A stretch of DNA of 64,000 nt from NCBI GenBank assembly GCA_963845565.1, contig CAWJSJ010000002.1:32001-96000 (forward strand), read 5' to 3'. This document shows positions 31,628 to 41,154 of this stretch, in pieces. A program made the translations under genes and the position numbers. Below the pieces are notes generated by a model. That model was not told where the DNA came from. It did not search any database and saw only the letters and a list, made by a program, of their open reading frames with translations. Every line of letters starts with the position of its first letter. The first letter of the stretch is position 1. This stretch comes from an uncultured Methylomirabilota bacterium. GTDB lineage: Bacteria > Methylomirabilota > Methylomirabilia > Methylomirabilales > 2-02-FULL-66-22.

Positions 31628-32428
31628 TCACGACATCACCTGCCCGCCGTCCAGGTTGATCGCCTGTCCGATCATCCCGGACGCGGCATCCGAGGCCAGG
31701 TACACCACCAGGTCGGCGATCTCCTGGGGGTCGAGGATGCGCTTGATGGGTACCGCGTCCAGCGCCTGCCGGCGGAACTCTTCCTTGGTCATTCCCATCA
31801 CGGCGGCGGTTTCCCGCATCCCGCGGTCGGCCATGTCGGTCTCGACCCATCCCGGGCAGATGGCGTTGACCGTGATGCCGCGGTCGGCGACCTCCAGCGC
31901 CAGGGCCCGGGTGAAGCCGATGATCCCGTGCTTGGCGGTGCAGTAGGCCGTGTAGCCCGGCGCGCCAAACCGGCCCAGGATCGAGGAGAGATTGATGATC
32001 CGTCCGCCGGGGCTCGAGGCGTCGGGTGAGTTGCGCTCCGGCATGTGTCGCAAGACCTCGCGCGTCACGTAGTAGGCTCCGAGCACCGTGGAGTCGAGCA
32101 CCGCGCGCCAGCCGGTATCATCGTCCGATGCGATCGGGATCCGCGCGTTGATCCCGGCGTTGTTCACCAGGATATGAATCCGGCCCCAGCGCGCCACGAT
32201 CACTTGGACCAGGTTGCGGACGTCGGCGGCATTCGTCACGTCCGCCCGGAACCCCAGCGCGCGGCCGTCCCCCGGCGAGATCTCATCGCCCGCCATGCGG
32301 ACCGCGTCCGCGTTCCGGGAGCAGAGGGCGACCTTGGCGCCCTCCCGGGCCAGCGCCCGTGCGATCGCCTTGCCGATCCCCCGGCTGGATCCCGTGACCA
32401 GCGCCACCCGATCTTGCAGGATTCCCAT
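31628..32428 (-). CDS. SDR-family NAD(P)-dependent oxidoreductase
   Basis: TGSSRGIG, NNAG, YCTAK, NAICPG. Confidence 0.92.
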   Translation of the reverse strand: MGILQDRVALVTGSSRGIGKAIARALAREGAKVALCSRNADAVRMAGDEISPGDGRALGFRADVTNAADVRNLVQVIVARWGRIHILVNNAGINARIPIASDDDTGWRAVLDSTVLGAYYVTREVLRHMPERNSPDASSPGGRIINLSSILGRFGAPGYTAYCTAKHGIIGFTRALALEVADRGITVNAICPGWVETDMADRGMRETAAVMGMTKEEFRRQALDAVPIKRILDPQEIADLVVYLASDAASGMIGQAINLDGGQVMS

Positions 32429-32475
32429 GTCGCCTCCTCAGCGCGGGCCGGCGGCGGCCGATCTGAAACCGATAA

Positions 32476-33018
32476 TCACCACGCGACCTCCGGGATGCCC
32501 GCGCGGGCGTTGGCCGACCGCGCCAGGACGAAAAGGAGGTCGGAAAGGCGGTTGAGATACGCCAGGAAGACCGACGGCACCTCCTCTTGCGCCGCCAGTG
32601 CGACCAGCCGGCGTTCCGCCCGTCGGCACACCGTCCTGGCTAGATGCAGCCGTGCCCCCGCCTCGCCCCCTCCGGGAAGGAGGAACGTCTTCAGGGCCGG
32701 AAGCGCCTCTTCGGCCGCATCGATGGCCGCCTCCAGTGCGGTCACCTGCTCCTCCGGAAAGGTCGTCTTGTCGGGGGTGGCCGCCCCACCGGCACGGACA
32801 TCGGCAATTCGGGCGCTCAAGGCGAACAGATCCCGCTGGATTCGGGTCACGAGGTCGGCGGTGCCGGTATCACCGAGGCAGACGGCGGCGAGACCCAGGC
32901 ACGCGTTCAACTCGTCGATCTCCCCATACGCCTCCACCCGCAAGGCGCTCTTGCGGACCCGCGCCCCGCCGAGCAGCCCCGTCTCGCCCGCATCCCCTGT
33001 CCTCGTGTAGATCTTCAC
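32476..33018 (-). CDS. Cob(I)alamin adenosyltransferase, PduO type
   Basis: KIYTRTGD.GET, AYGEIDELN, FLLPGG, RTVCRRAER, YLNRLSD.LF. Confidence 0.93.
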   Translation of the reverse strand: MKIYTRTGDAGETGLLGGARVRKSALRVEAYGEIDELNACLGLAAVCLGDTGTADLVTRIQRDLFALSARIADVRAGGAATPDKTTFPEEQVTALEAAIDAAEEALPALKTFLLPGGGEAGARLHLARTVCRRAERRLVALAAQEEVPSVFLAYLNRLSDLLFVLARSANARAGIPEVAW

Positions 33019-33088
33019 CCACAACCTCCGATTCGTGCGATTTGGACAAAACGAGTGCCCGGATGGACAAGGGATTTCGTAGCGGCCC

Positions 33089-33943
33089 CTAATTCCACGC
33101 GACGACCCGCTGGCGCAGCGTGCGCAGGTGCTCCCGGATCACCTCGCTGTCCTCTGCCTGGGGGGCCAATCGCAGGTACCGCTCCAGATCGGCGCTCGCC
33201 TCGGCGTAGCGCTTGACCTGGAACGAGAGCAGGCCGCGGTCTCGGATCTCGCCGGCCGCATTCGGGTGCAGGATCACAAGGCGGTCCGCGATCGACAGCG
33301 CCTTGCCGTACTCCTGATTGTTGAAATAGATCGCCTTCAGATTGGTGAGCATCCGCGCCAGGATCTGCCGCGTTCCGACCGCGGTCAGCATCTGCGGCTC
33401 GAAACAGAGCTTGCCGTCGAAGATCCGATCCAGGATCTGCTGGCAGTCGGCAGCCGAGAGGATCCCGCCGCCGCCGAACGGGTCGATGACGAGCTCCTCG
33501 TCCGGCCCCACGTATTTGACCAGGAAATGGCCGGGCATCCCCACACCCTGCACGCTGAGGCCGATCCGGCGGCCCACTTCCAGGTAGACGGCGGAGAGGG
33601 TAATGGGGATACCTATGCGCCGGTCCAGCACCTCGTTCAGGAAGCTGTTACGCGGATCGTAGTAGTGGTCGGCGTTTCCCCGAAAGCCCAGCTGCCCGAA
33701 CAGATACTCGCCCAGGGCAGCGATCAGCCGATGCGGATCGTGGCGGCCGCCTGCCGACGCCTGCACCGCGGCCCCCATCCGGTCCAGCCGGGCCAGGTAC
33801 TCCGTGACGTCCAGGTCGGGGTATTCTTCCTTGGCGATGAGAAGCGTGGCCTCTGCCAGGTCAATGGCCGCGTCGGGCCGCCTGACCAGCTCGGCGAAGG
33901 CGAGCCGACAGGGTGGTGGCGTCTCGTCAGAACGTTTGGCCAT
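33089..33943 (-). CDS. SirB1/transglutaminase-like protein with TPR
   Basis: YYDPRNSFLNEVLDRRIGIPITL, GVGMPGHFL, IDPF, EIRDRGL. Confidence 0.9.
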   Translation of the reverse strand: MAKRSDETPPPCRLAFAELVRRPDAAIDLAEATLLIAKEEYPDLDVTEYLARLDRMGAAVQASAGGRHDPHRLIAALGEYLFGQLGFRGNADHYYDPRNSFLNEVLDRRIGIPITLSAVYLEVGRRIGLSVQGVGMPGHFLVKYVGPDEELVIDPFGGGGILSAADCQQILDRIFDGKLCFEPQMLTAVGTRQILARMLTNLKAIYFNNQEYGKALSIADRLVILHPNAAGEIRDRGLLSFQVKRYAEASADLERYLRLAPQAEDSEVIREHLRTLRQRVVAWN

Positions 33944-34045
33944 AGTTGCGTATCTGCCCCCCCAAAACGATCAGGCGCTTCTTCCTTGCCGTTCGGCGCT
34001 GTCTCTGGCATGCTCGCGGAACGTATGATTCCACCGATTCGAACA

Positions 34046-34873
34046 ATGCTCTGGCGTGTACCCCTGCTCGTGATCGTTGGCGTAGCGGGGATCCTGGGGA
34101 CCGTCATGATCCTGGGGTTGGAGAAATACTTGCTCTATTTTCCCGAGCGGACCCTGGAAGCCACACCGCAGGCCGACGGCCTGGCGTACGAGGAGGTCTG
34201 GTTTCCGGCATCCGACGGCGTCAGGCTGCACGGCTGGATGGTCCCCGCGCCCGGAGCGCGCACGACGCTGCTCTGGTTTCACGGCAATGCCGGGAACATC
34301 GGCGACCGCGTGCACAATCTCGGCTACCTGCACCGCCTGCTCCGGGCCAACGTTTTCATCTTCGACTATCGCGGGTACGGGAGAAGCGACGGGGGCCGCT
34401 TCGATCTCTCCGAAGAGGCGACCTACCGGGACGGCGCGGGCGCCGTCGCCTATCTCCGCTCTCGGGCCGATGTCGCCGGCACCCGTTTGGTCTACTTCGG
34501 CCGCTCCCTCGGGGCTGCCATCGCCGTCGAGTTGGCGCGCAAAGATCCCCCCGCCGGCCTGATCCTGGAGACGACCTTCACCACGCTCAAGGACATCGCC
34601 CGGGTGCACTATCCGTATGTGCCCCTGTGTTGCCTGCGCACCAAATACGACTCGCTGCGCAAGATGTCGGAAATCCGCGTCCCGCTCCTCATCTTGCACG
34701 GCGACTCCGACGAGGTGGTGCCGCTCGAGCAGGCCCACCGGCTCTACGCCGCAGCCAACGAGCCCAAGCGCCTCCACGTCATCCGCGGTGCCCACCACAA
34801 CGACACCTTCGTGGTGGGGGGAAGCGCGTACTTTGAGGTGTGGGCGCGCTTCCTGGGATCGCTGGAGCCGTAG
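34046..34873 (+). CDS. Alpha/beta hydrolase with N-terminal anchor (ABHD13/Bem46-like)
   Basis: FHGNAGN, DYRGYG, GRSLG, HGDSDEVVP, GAHHND. Confidence 0.9.
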   Translation: MLWRVPLLVIVGVAGILGTVMILGLEKYLLYFPERTLEATPQADGLAYEEVWFPASDGVRLHGWMVPAPGARTTLLWFHGNAGNIGDRVHNLGYLHRLLRANVFIFDYRGYGRSDGGRFDLSEEATYRDGAGAVAYLRSRADVAGTRLVYFGRSLGAAIAVELARKDPPAGLILETTFTTLKDIARVHYPYVPLCCLRTKYDSLRKMSEIRVPLLILHGDSDEVVPLEQAHRLYAAANEPKRLHVIRGAHHNDTFVVGGSAYFEVWARFLGSLEP

Positions 34874-35006
34874 GCGTTTTTCTTATACCATGCTAAGGAA
34901 GTCCTGCAAAGGTGGCCTGCGACCCCCAGGACGTGGTACACTGCGGTCGCTCCGGGGAATGCTCCCCGGCCTGGCTGGCGCGCGGCGAGACGCTGTCGGG
35001 TGCCCC

Positions 35007-35234
35007 ATGAAGCTGGAGTTCACGAATAACGCACTGGCGCGAATGCTGGAGCGCGGGGTCGGCGAGGCCGAGGTCCGGGCGGCCCTCGAGGCGCCGGATC
35101 ACCTGGGTCCCTGGCTCGAGAAGTGCTGGCACGCGAAGAAGCGATTGGAGGCGCGCACCCTCACCGTCATCTTCACCCGCGATCTCGTCCAGACACAGAT
35201 CCTCACCGCCTATTGGCAGGACGTGCCCTCATGA
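35007..35234 (+). CDS. DUF4258-like protein (putative toxin)
   Basis: LEFTNNALARMLERGV..EV..AL..PD, C-terminal ILTAY; ATGA overlap with the next gene. Confidence 0.75.
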   Translation: MKLEFTNNALARMLERGVGEAEVRAALEAPDHLGPWLEKCWHAKKRLEARTLTVIFTRDLVQTQILTAYWQDVPS

Positions 35235-35458
35235 GGATCAGCTACGACCAAAAAGCCGATGCCTTGTACATCAAGTTCCAGGATGGGAGCGTCGCCCGCA
35301 CCCGGAAGGTCGAAGAGGGGATGCTGGTGGACGTGGACGAGAACGGCCGTCTTTTCGGGATCGAGATCATCGGGATGAAGGGCCGTATCCCGATCCCGGA
35401 GCTCGGCCGGATCATCCTGGACCTGCCCCTCGGCGGCACCGAGCCCGCCCGCGCTTGA
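35231..35458 (+). CDS. DUF2283 protein (putative antitoxin)
   Basis: MRISYD..ADALYI, VDVDENGRLFGIEI. Confidence 0.88.
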   Translation: MRISYDQKADALYIKFQDGSVARTRKVEEGMLVDVDENGRLFGIEIIGMKGRIPIPELGRIILDLPLGGTEPARA

Positions 35459-35549
35459 CCGGTTGGCAACCGGTCGATTGGTCGATTGGTCGATTCGAAA
35501 AAGCCCCGGCCGCACGACTCGTCGACCAGTCGACATCTTGACCAATCGA

Positions 35550-36467
35550 CTAATTGCGCCGCAGCCCGCGGACGACCTCCGCAATGGCCTTGATGTGGGC
35601 CGGCGTGCTGCCGCAGCAGGCGCCGACGATCCGGGCCCCGGCGGCGACAATCGCCGGGAACGCGCCGGCCATGGCCTCGGGAGTCAGATCGTAGATCGTC
35701 TTGTCGCCCACCACCTTCGGAATCCCCGCATTGGGATACGCGGCGAGGAACGCCGGCGTCGCCGTCCGCATCTCGGCCAAGATGGCCGGTACCCGGCCCG
35801 GCCCGCCGTCGCCGCAGTTACAGGCGACGACGTCGGCGCCGGCGGCCGCGAGTGCGGCTGCCGCGTCTGCCGGGCTTGTCCCCCACATCGTCCGATCGAC
35901 GCCCTTGGCGGCGTTGTACTGGAACGTCATGCTGCACAGCACCGGCAAACCGGTGGCCTCTTTGGCGGCCTTGATGGCCAGCACCGCCTCGTCCGGAATC
36001 ATCATGGTCTCGATGGCGAACAGATCCACTCCGCCGTCGGCCAGCGCCAACGCTTGCTCCCGGAAGCTCTCGTAGAAGAGCTCCGCCGGCGTGTCCCCTA
36101 ACGGCTCGAAGGTGTCTGGCAGGTGGCCAGTGGGCCCGATGGACCCGGCCACGAAGCGACCCGGCGGGCAGACGGACCGCGCCAGCTTGGCCCCCTTCTC
36201 GTTGAGTTCTCGGCACCCATCCTCGAGGCCGTAGGCCTTCAGCTTGAGGCGGGTGCCGCCGAAGGTGTTGGTCTCCACCAGGTCGCTCCCCGCTTCGAAA
36301 TAGGCCCGGTGAACACCCTGGAGCACTTCCGGCCGCTCGGCGTTCCAGAGTTCCGGGCACGCCCCGGGCGTCAGCCCGGCCGCGAAGAGCATCGTCCCCA
36401 TGGCCCCGTCCAGGACCAACACCTCCGACCGTAGTCGCTCCAGCAGGACTTTCCCTTGAGACTCCAT
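35550..36467 (-). CDS. Homocysteine S-methyltransferase family protein
   Basis: LDGAMGT, ETNTFG, GSIGPTG, PNAG, GACCGSTP.HI. Confidence 0.92.
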   Translation of the reverse strand: MESQGKVLLERLRSEVLVLDGAMGTMLFAAGLTPGACPELWNAERPEVLQGVHRAYFEAGSDLVETNTFGGTRLKLKAYGLEDGCRELNEKGAKLARSVCPPGRFVAGSIGPTGHLPDTFEPLGDTPAELFYESFREQALALADGGVDLFAIETMMIPDEAVLAIKAAKEATGLPVLCSMTFQYNAAKGVDRTMWGTSPADAAAALAAAGADVVACNCGDGGPGRVPAILAEMRTATPAFLAAYPNAGIPKVVGDKTIYDLTPEAMAGAFPAIVAAGARIVGACCGSTPAHIKAIAEVVRGLRRN

Positions 36468-36747
36468 GGCACTCCCGCTCCTTCCGTTGTGTCGAAGGGT
36501 TCAATCCGTCGAACAGGCGACCCCGGGGTTCCGACCTCGAAATGGCCTCGCGAACCCATTGGCGAATCCGCCGATTGCCTGCGCTCCCGCCGGTCGGCTC
36601 TTTCTATCGCAAGGGTATGGGCCAGACAAGCGGAATCCTTTGCCCGGCCAGCCAATTCCGACTTTTTTCTTGCGTGGCGCCGTCGCAGGCCGTATTACTC
36701 TGCCTCCGGCCGTCGATCCGACCATCGCAATCCATCGGAGGTGCCGC

Positions 36748-37719
36748 ATGGGATTCCTCGTCATTCACACCGATCCCCATCATACCGATTTCCGTCACGA
36801 GCAGGCCGAACTGGACGCCATTGGGGCAACCCTGCGCCCCCTCAACGTGACCTCCGAGGCCGAGGTGGCTGCCGCGTGCCGCGATGCCGACGCGCTTCTT
36901 GTGACCTACGCGAAGATTGGAAAAGTGGCCCTGGCGGGTATGCCGAAGCTGAAGATCGTCGTCCGGACCGGCGTGGGGTACGATTCGCTGGATGTGCCGG
37001 CCGCCACCGAACGGAAGGTCATGGTGGCCAACGTGCCGGATTACTGCATCAGCGACCTGGCGGAGCATACCATGGCGCTGCTCCTGACCTGGTGGCGGCG
37101 AACCGCCGAACTGGACCAGCAGGTGCGCACAGAGGGCTGGGGGCGTCCTCTCAAGCCGGTCTATCGCCTCGAGGGGAAGACGCTGGGCATCCTGGGGATG
37201 GGACGGATGGGGCAGGCCGTTGCCGCGCGCGCGCGAGGGTTCGGCCTGAAGCTCGTCGGCTACGACCCGTACACCCCCTCGGCGGCGTTCGCGGCCGTCG
37301 GCGTGGAGCCGGTCAGCTTGGACAGCCTGCTCCGCACCTCCGATATCGTGACGATTCATGCCCTCTTGAGCGCGGAGACGCGCGGGATCATCTGCCAGAA
37401 GACCCTCCGGCAGATGAAGCCCACGGCGCTGATCGTCAACACGGCGCGGGGCGGCCTGATTGTCACCGATGATCTGGTGCGCGCCCTGGAGGAGCGCTGG
37501 ATCGCCGGTGCGGCCCTGGATGTGACGGAGCCGGAGCCGCTGCCGATGGGCCACCCCCTCCGGAACCTCCCCCGCGTACTCGTGACCCCGCACGCCGCCT
37601 GGTACTCGGAGGAGGCGGAGCCCGAGTTGCGTCGGCGAGCCGCGCGGACGATCGTGGAGGCCCTGCGCGGCGAGCGGCCCGCGTCGCTGTTGAATCCGGA
37701 AGTGCTGGCCGCGAAATAG
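36748..37719 (+). CDS. D-2-hydroxyacid dehydrogenase (CtBP-like)
   Basis: GVGYD, NVPDYC, GMGRMG, VNTARG, TPHAAWYSEE; RBS GGAGG. Confidence 0.9.
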   Translation: MGFLVIHTDPHHTDFRHEQAELDAIGATLRPLNVTSEAEVAAACRDADALLVTYAKIGKVALAGMPKLKIVVRTGVGYDSLDVPAATERKVMVANVPDYCISDLAEHTMALLLTWWRRTAELDQQVRTEGWGRPLKPVYRLEGKTLGILGMGRMGQAVAARARGFGLKLVGYDPYTPSAAFAAVGVEPVSLDSLLRTSDIVTIHALLSAETRGIICQKTLRQMKPTALIVNTARGGLIVTDDLVRALEERWIAGAALDVTEPEPLPMGHPLRNLPRVLVTPHAAWYSEEAEPELRRRAARTIVEALRGERPASLLNPEVLAAK

Positions 37720-37759
37720 AAGAGACGGCACGTGCTGCCGCACGGTGGGGTGGAACGGC

Positions 37760-38065
37760 TCACGAGGAAGCGGTTTCGTACTCCGCCGGAGAGAGAAACC
37801 GACCGCCCTGGCACTCTTGGCTCTGGATCCGGTACGCGCTGTCGAAGGTGATCTCGGCCGCCATCAGCCGAAAGCACTTGCTGTCCATGACCTCCTTGCG
37901 GACGTAGTAGCCTCCGTCCTCCCGCACGCTGATGTCATGGCGCCGGTCCAACCGGACGTGGACCCTGGCCTTGCACCGCTCGCACTCCACGTAGATGTGG
38001 ATAGCGTCGTCACCCGTGCCGCCCTGTCCGCCGAACAGCGAGCCTAGCTTGCCGAGAAGTCCCAT
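37760..38065 (-). CDS. Small hypothetical protein with CxxC
   Basis: RBS GGAGGAG; YVECERC...RKEVMDSKCF; plausible codon usage. Confidence 0.7.
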   Translation of the reverse strand: MGLLGKLGSLFGGQGGTGDDAIHIYVECERCKARVHVRLDRRHDISVREDGGYYVRKEVMDSKCFRLMAAEITFDSAYRIQSQECQGGRFLSPAEYETASS

Positions 38066-38153
38066 CGCCCACTCCTCCGGGTGTATCCCCCCGTAAACGC
38101 ACTGTGCGGCGTGCCGGGTAATCCCCAGACGACACCATACCCCAGGCCGTTCT

Positions 38154-38283
38154 TGGGGACAAGTCCGATATGGACGGTGCACAACCTGTGGATGACACCC
38201 CCGCAGGCTGTGGAGGACCGCCCGGTCACCTGTGGAAAACCGTGGGCGGCTCCAGCTCTTTCTTGGGGATATGCTGTGGACAC
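38154..38283 (-). promoter_or_regulatory. Cluster of seven co-oriented DnaA-box-like 9-mers
   Basis: TGTGGATAA-like boxes start at 38154, 38176, 38187, 38209, 38231, 38264 and 38275. Confidence 0.65.
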
Positions 38284-38312
38284 GCCGCAGGGCGCCCACC
38301 GGGTCGGGGGTC

Positions 38313-39587
38313 TCAGGCGACCCGATGGAGCGTGGCATCGAGCGCCTTCCGACGGCGGACCAGGTCCTCGACCCGCTCGCGGACGTGCCGCCCGATGCCC
38401 CCGCGATCTCGCACCCAGTCGGCCAGGAGCTCTGCCTCCCACGCCTGCCAATGGGCTTGCACAACCGGCGTGAGACGCACGGGGTCCGCCATCACGACGT
38501 CGCCGAGCGCCTTCATCATCCACCAGAGCGAATCGTGCCCGGCACAGCCCATCCCGTGTGTTAGAAGATCCGGAAGGGGCTCCCCGAACGGCAGCGGAAT
38601 GAACGCCCCGGTGCAGGGCGTGCCCATGCTGCACCACAACGTCATGGGGACCGCGGGGTCTTCGGGCAGCTCGGCGATCAGACTCGCGGCCGTCGCAGAG
38701 ACCCCGGGATTCGGATGCATGCAGACCGACCAGCCCAATGGATCCCCATCCCGCCGGCCGGGGACGTGGACCGTCCCTCCGTCATGGTGATCGCGCAGGT
38801 GGCGCATCAGAGAGGACACGCCGGGCTGCCCCTCCTCGGCGAGGAACCGACAGCTTGCGCGAAGCCGCGCCTCGGCTCGATAACGCAGGTCCGGATTCTC
38901 GACGGTTCGCCGAAAATCCGGCCGGACCTCGTCGGCCGCCACCCGCTCGGGGCCTGCCGCCAGCGCCTCGACGCCTTCGGAGATTGCGTCCCAGTCGTCC
39001 CCGATCGTGTAGAGGTTGGAGATGGCCCCGCGACCGCGCACCCGTTTGGCGGCCCAGTGCCGGCCGCAAGTCTCCAGGGTCCAGGCCTCCGCCGGATCGG
39101 CGATGATGAAGCCGTTGTGATACCGCCGGTCGCCATCGACGCTGGCGCTCCCGCCCTGGCCGTGCTGCGCCAGGAGGCCGGTGATCACCTGCAATGCCTC
39201 GTGCGCCGTCCGCCCCCGTTCCAGCCCCAGCCGGACCAGATCCATGCCCAGGAGGCCCTCCGGGCCCGGCGCTTCCCGCGCATGCAGCGCCTCGTTGCCG
39301 ATGGCCACCCGGCACTCGTTGACTCCGTGCTCGAAGCCCCAGAGCCACCAGGGGCGGCTCCCGACAACGGCGAGCGTCTCCTCTGCCTGCGGGATCTCCA
39401 GGTACTGGCAGCGGACCGTGGCCCGCACCGGATGGCGCCGGCGGGGCGCCTGGAACAGCGGCTGGCACTCGGTTGGCGGCCGGTCGCTGTTCTTCGCGAA
39501 CAGCGTGTGGCCGTCTCGGGTCTCTTTCCCCAGAATGACCAGCGTGTCGCAACTGGTGTCGGTCTCTTCTTCCGGATCCGCCCGCAT
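38313..39587 (-). CDS. Peptidase C69 (secernin/dipeptidase) family
   Basis: SCDT, FAKNSDRP..E.Q, WGFEHGVNE, IGNEA, GMDLVRLGLER. Confidence 0.9.
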   Translation of the reverse strand: MRADPEEETDTSCDTLVILGKETRDGHTLFAKNSDRPPTECQPLFQAPRRRHPVRATVRCQYLEIPQAEETLAVVGSRPWWLWGFEHGVNECRVAIGNEALHAREAPGPEGLLGMDLVRLGLERGRTAHEALQVITGLLAQHGQGGSASVDGDRRYHNGFIIADPAEAWTLETCGRHWAAKRVRGRGAISNLYTIGDDWDAISEGVEALAAGPERVAADEVRPDFRRTVENPDLRYRAEARLRASCRFLAEEGQPGVSSLMRHLRDHHDGGTVHVPGRRDGDPLGWSVCMHPNPGVSATAASLIAELPEDPAVPMTLWCSMGTPCTGAFIPLPFGEPLPDLLTHGMGCAGHDSLWWMMKALGDVVMADPVRLTPVVQAHWQAWEAELLADWVRDRGGIGRHVRERVEDLVRRRKALDATLHRVA

Positions 39588-39652
39588 CGCACCACCCCGG
39601 TTTCCGTTGCTGGCCGCTCACCTCCGTTGCGGTTCTCCCCGCGCGGCTTCGA

Positions 39653-40090
39653 CTATTCCACCACAAACGTCATCGGGGTGGCGTTGTGGATGTTGTCGGA
39701 GACGGGACAGCGCAGGTCGACCTCGTGGAGGAAGGCTTCCTTCTCCTCCTTCGTCATGTCGGCGTCCATCTTCACCGTCACGGTGATGCCGCCAAAGCCG
39801 GAGGGTTGACCCGGATTGCGCCCCATCAGGCCCTCGACGTTCAGCTCTCCGGCGACCTTCACGTCCATCGACCGGAGGTTGATCCGCTTCTGCTTGGCCG
39901 CGATCCGCGCGATGGTGCCGATACATCCCGCCAGCGAGAGGAAAAAGTACTCGAGCGGCGTCGGTCCCGCGTCCTCGCCGCCACCCGTCTTCGGCTGGTC
40001 CACGACGAGGGTATGGTTCCCGATCTTGCTCTCGATCTTGAACCGATCGCCCAGATGCGCCTCAACTTGAACCTGCTTGATGGTGGCCAC
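39653..40090 (-). CDS. OsmC-family protein
   Basis: DQPKTGGGEDAGPTPLE, LAGC, RCPVSD; RBS GGAGGAGG. Confidence 0.9.
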   Translation of the reverse strand: MATIKQVQVEAHLGDRFKIESKIGNHTLVVDQPKTGGGEDAGPTPLEYFFLSLAGCIGTIARIAAKQKRINLRSMDVKVAGELNVEGLMGRNPGQPSGFGGITVTVKMDADMTKEEKEAFLHEVDLRCPVSDNIHNATPMTFVVE

Positions 40091-40477
40091 CGGAAACCTC
40101 CTCCGCAGTCAATAGGTGTGTGTTGGTACGCCTTCCGCACCCCTCCTATTTTCGGTACGAAGGTAACAGGTCCGTTCGACCTCGTCAAATCACACCTTCG
40201 GAGCCCGCGGCCTTCGTTCCGGGTCCGACCGCCGGAGCGCCGCGGCAGAGTGCGCACGGCGCGAATGGCGCGGGGAAATAGAACCCACGGGGCATCCCTC
40301 CAGACGCCGCGAGGAGGCATCCCGTGACCCGGATGGCCTAGCCGTCGAAAAAGCTTACACCTTCGGACCCAGGGGCACGTTGGCACGCGATGGCCTGGTT
40401 TCCCTCCCGAAGCGGAACCTATCGTATTCACAGGGGTCGCCGTTCGACACTTGCCGACTCTTCATTTCGTGGTAAGG

Positions 40478-40494
40478 TAGGCACGCTCTATGCT
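40478..40494 (+). promoter_or_regulatory. Putative sigma54 promoter
   Basis: TAGGCACGCTCTATGCT = GG-N10-GC. Confidence 0.5.
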
Positions 40495-40662
40495 TTCTAT
40501 TGTGCGCTATGCCCCTCCCTGAGAGGGTGCGGTCCGCTCTGCCCGGCGGATCGTTTCGGCGAATAGACACCTTCACGGCTGCCAAGAGCCCAGCGGGTGG
40601 CCTGAGAGTCGTCAGAGCGACCGTACCCGAAACCCGGTTGGCGCCAACACGGGAGACCGAAC

Positions 40663-41010
40663 ATGCAAAGTGATCATCCATCTGCGTTATCGGCATTGGG
40701 GTTGGACGGCTTGGCCCCCGCACGCACGGCCGACCCCTCGGATTCGGCGCGGGAGGGACGGGAGCGGAAGCTGGTGGTCGTGGCACGAGATCAGTTCGAT
40801 CTGTGGTGGCAGCTGTCCCAAGCGCTGACCAAGGTGAACGAGGTCGAGGTCGTGCTGGACCGACGGCAGGGAGGCCGTTGGCAGTGGTCCGAGTCCCGGC
40901 AATACCAGGATCGTGGACGCGACCGCCGCGACTCGCCCAACGGCGAGAGTGACCTCTCGGGTCGGGCGTTTCGGGTTTTTCCGAGGCTCGCGCCGGTGTC
41001 GCACGGCTAG
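40663..41010 (+). CDS. Hypothetical protein (VVVARDQ...VEVVLDRR motif)
   Basis: RBS GGGAG, downstream terminator, protein-like central segment. Confidence 0.6.
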   Translation: MQSDHPSALSALGLDGLAPARTADPSDSAREGRERKLVVVARDQFDLWWQLSQALTKVNEVEVVLDRRQGGRWQWSESRQYQDRGRDRRDSPNGESDLSGRAFRVFPRLAPVSHG

Positions 41011-41041
41011 TCGGAACCGGCCGAGCAGTTTGGCGTTGCCA

Positions 41042-41073
41042 CAAACCCCAAGGGGATCGCCTCTTGGGGTTTG
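41042..41073. terminator. Bidirectional terminator-like hairpin
   Basis: CAAACCCCAAGGGG-ATCG-CCTCTTGGGGTTTG between convergent genes. Confidence 0.7.
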
Positions 41074-41154
41074 CTATTACTCGGGAAGAATCCGGCGCGA
41101 GACGATGAATTGACATCGCATTCGTCAGGTGCCGTGCTCCGCGGTATGGATTTG

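Noticed and set aside
33128..34045. Long N-terminal extension of the alpha/beta hydrolase
   Set aside because: It is antisense to the SirB1-like gene.
36607..36626. Sigma54-like site upstream of the homocysteine methyltransferase
   Set aside because: GG-to-GC spacing is 11, not 10.
36468..36747. SAM or cobalamin riboswitch near the methyltransferase
   Set aside because: No recognisable consensus on either strand.
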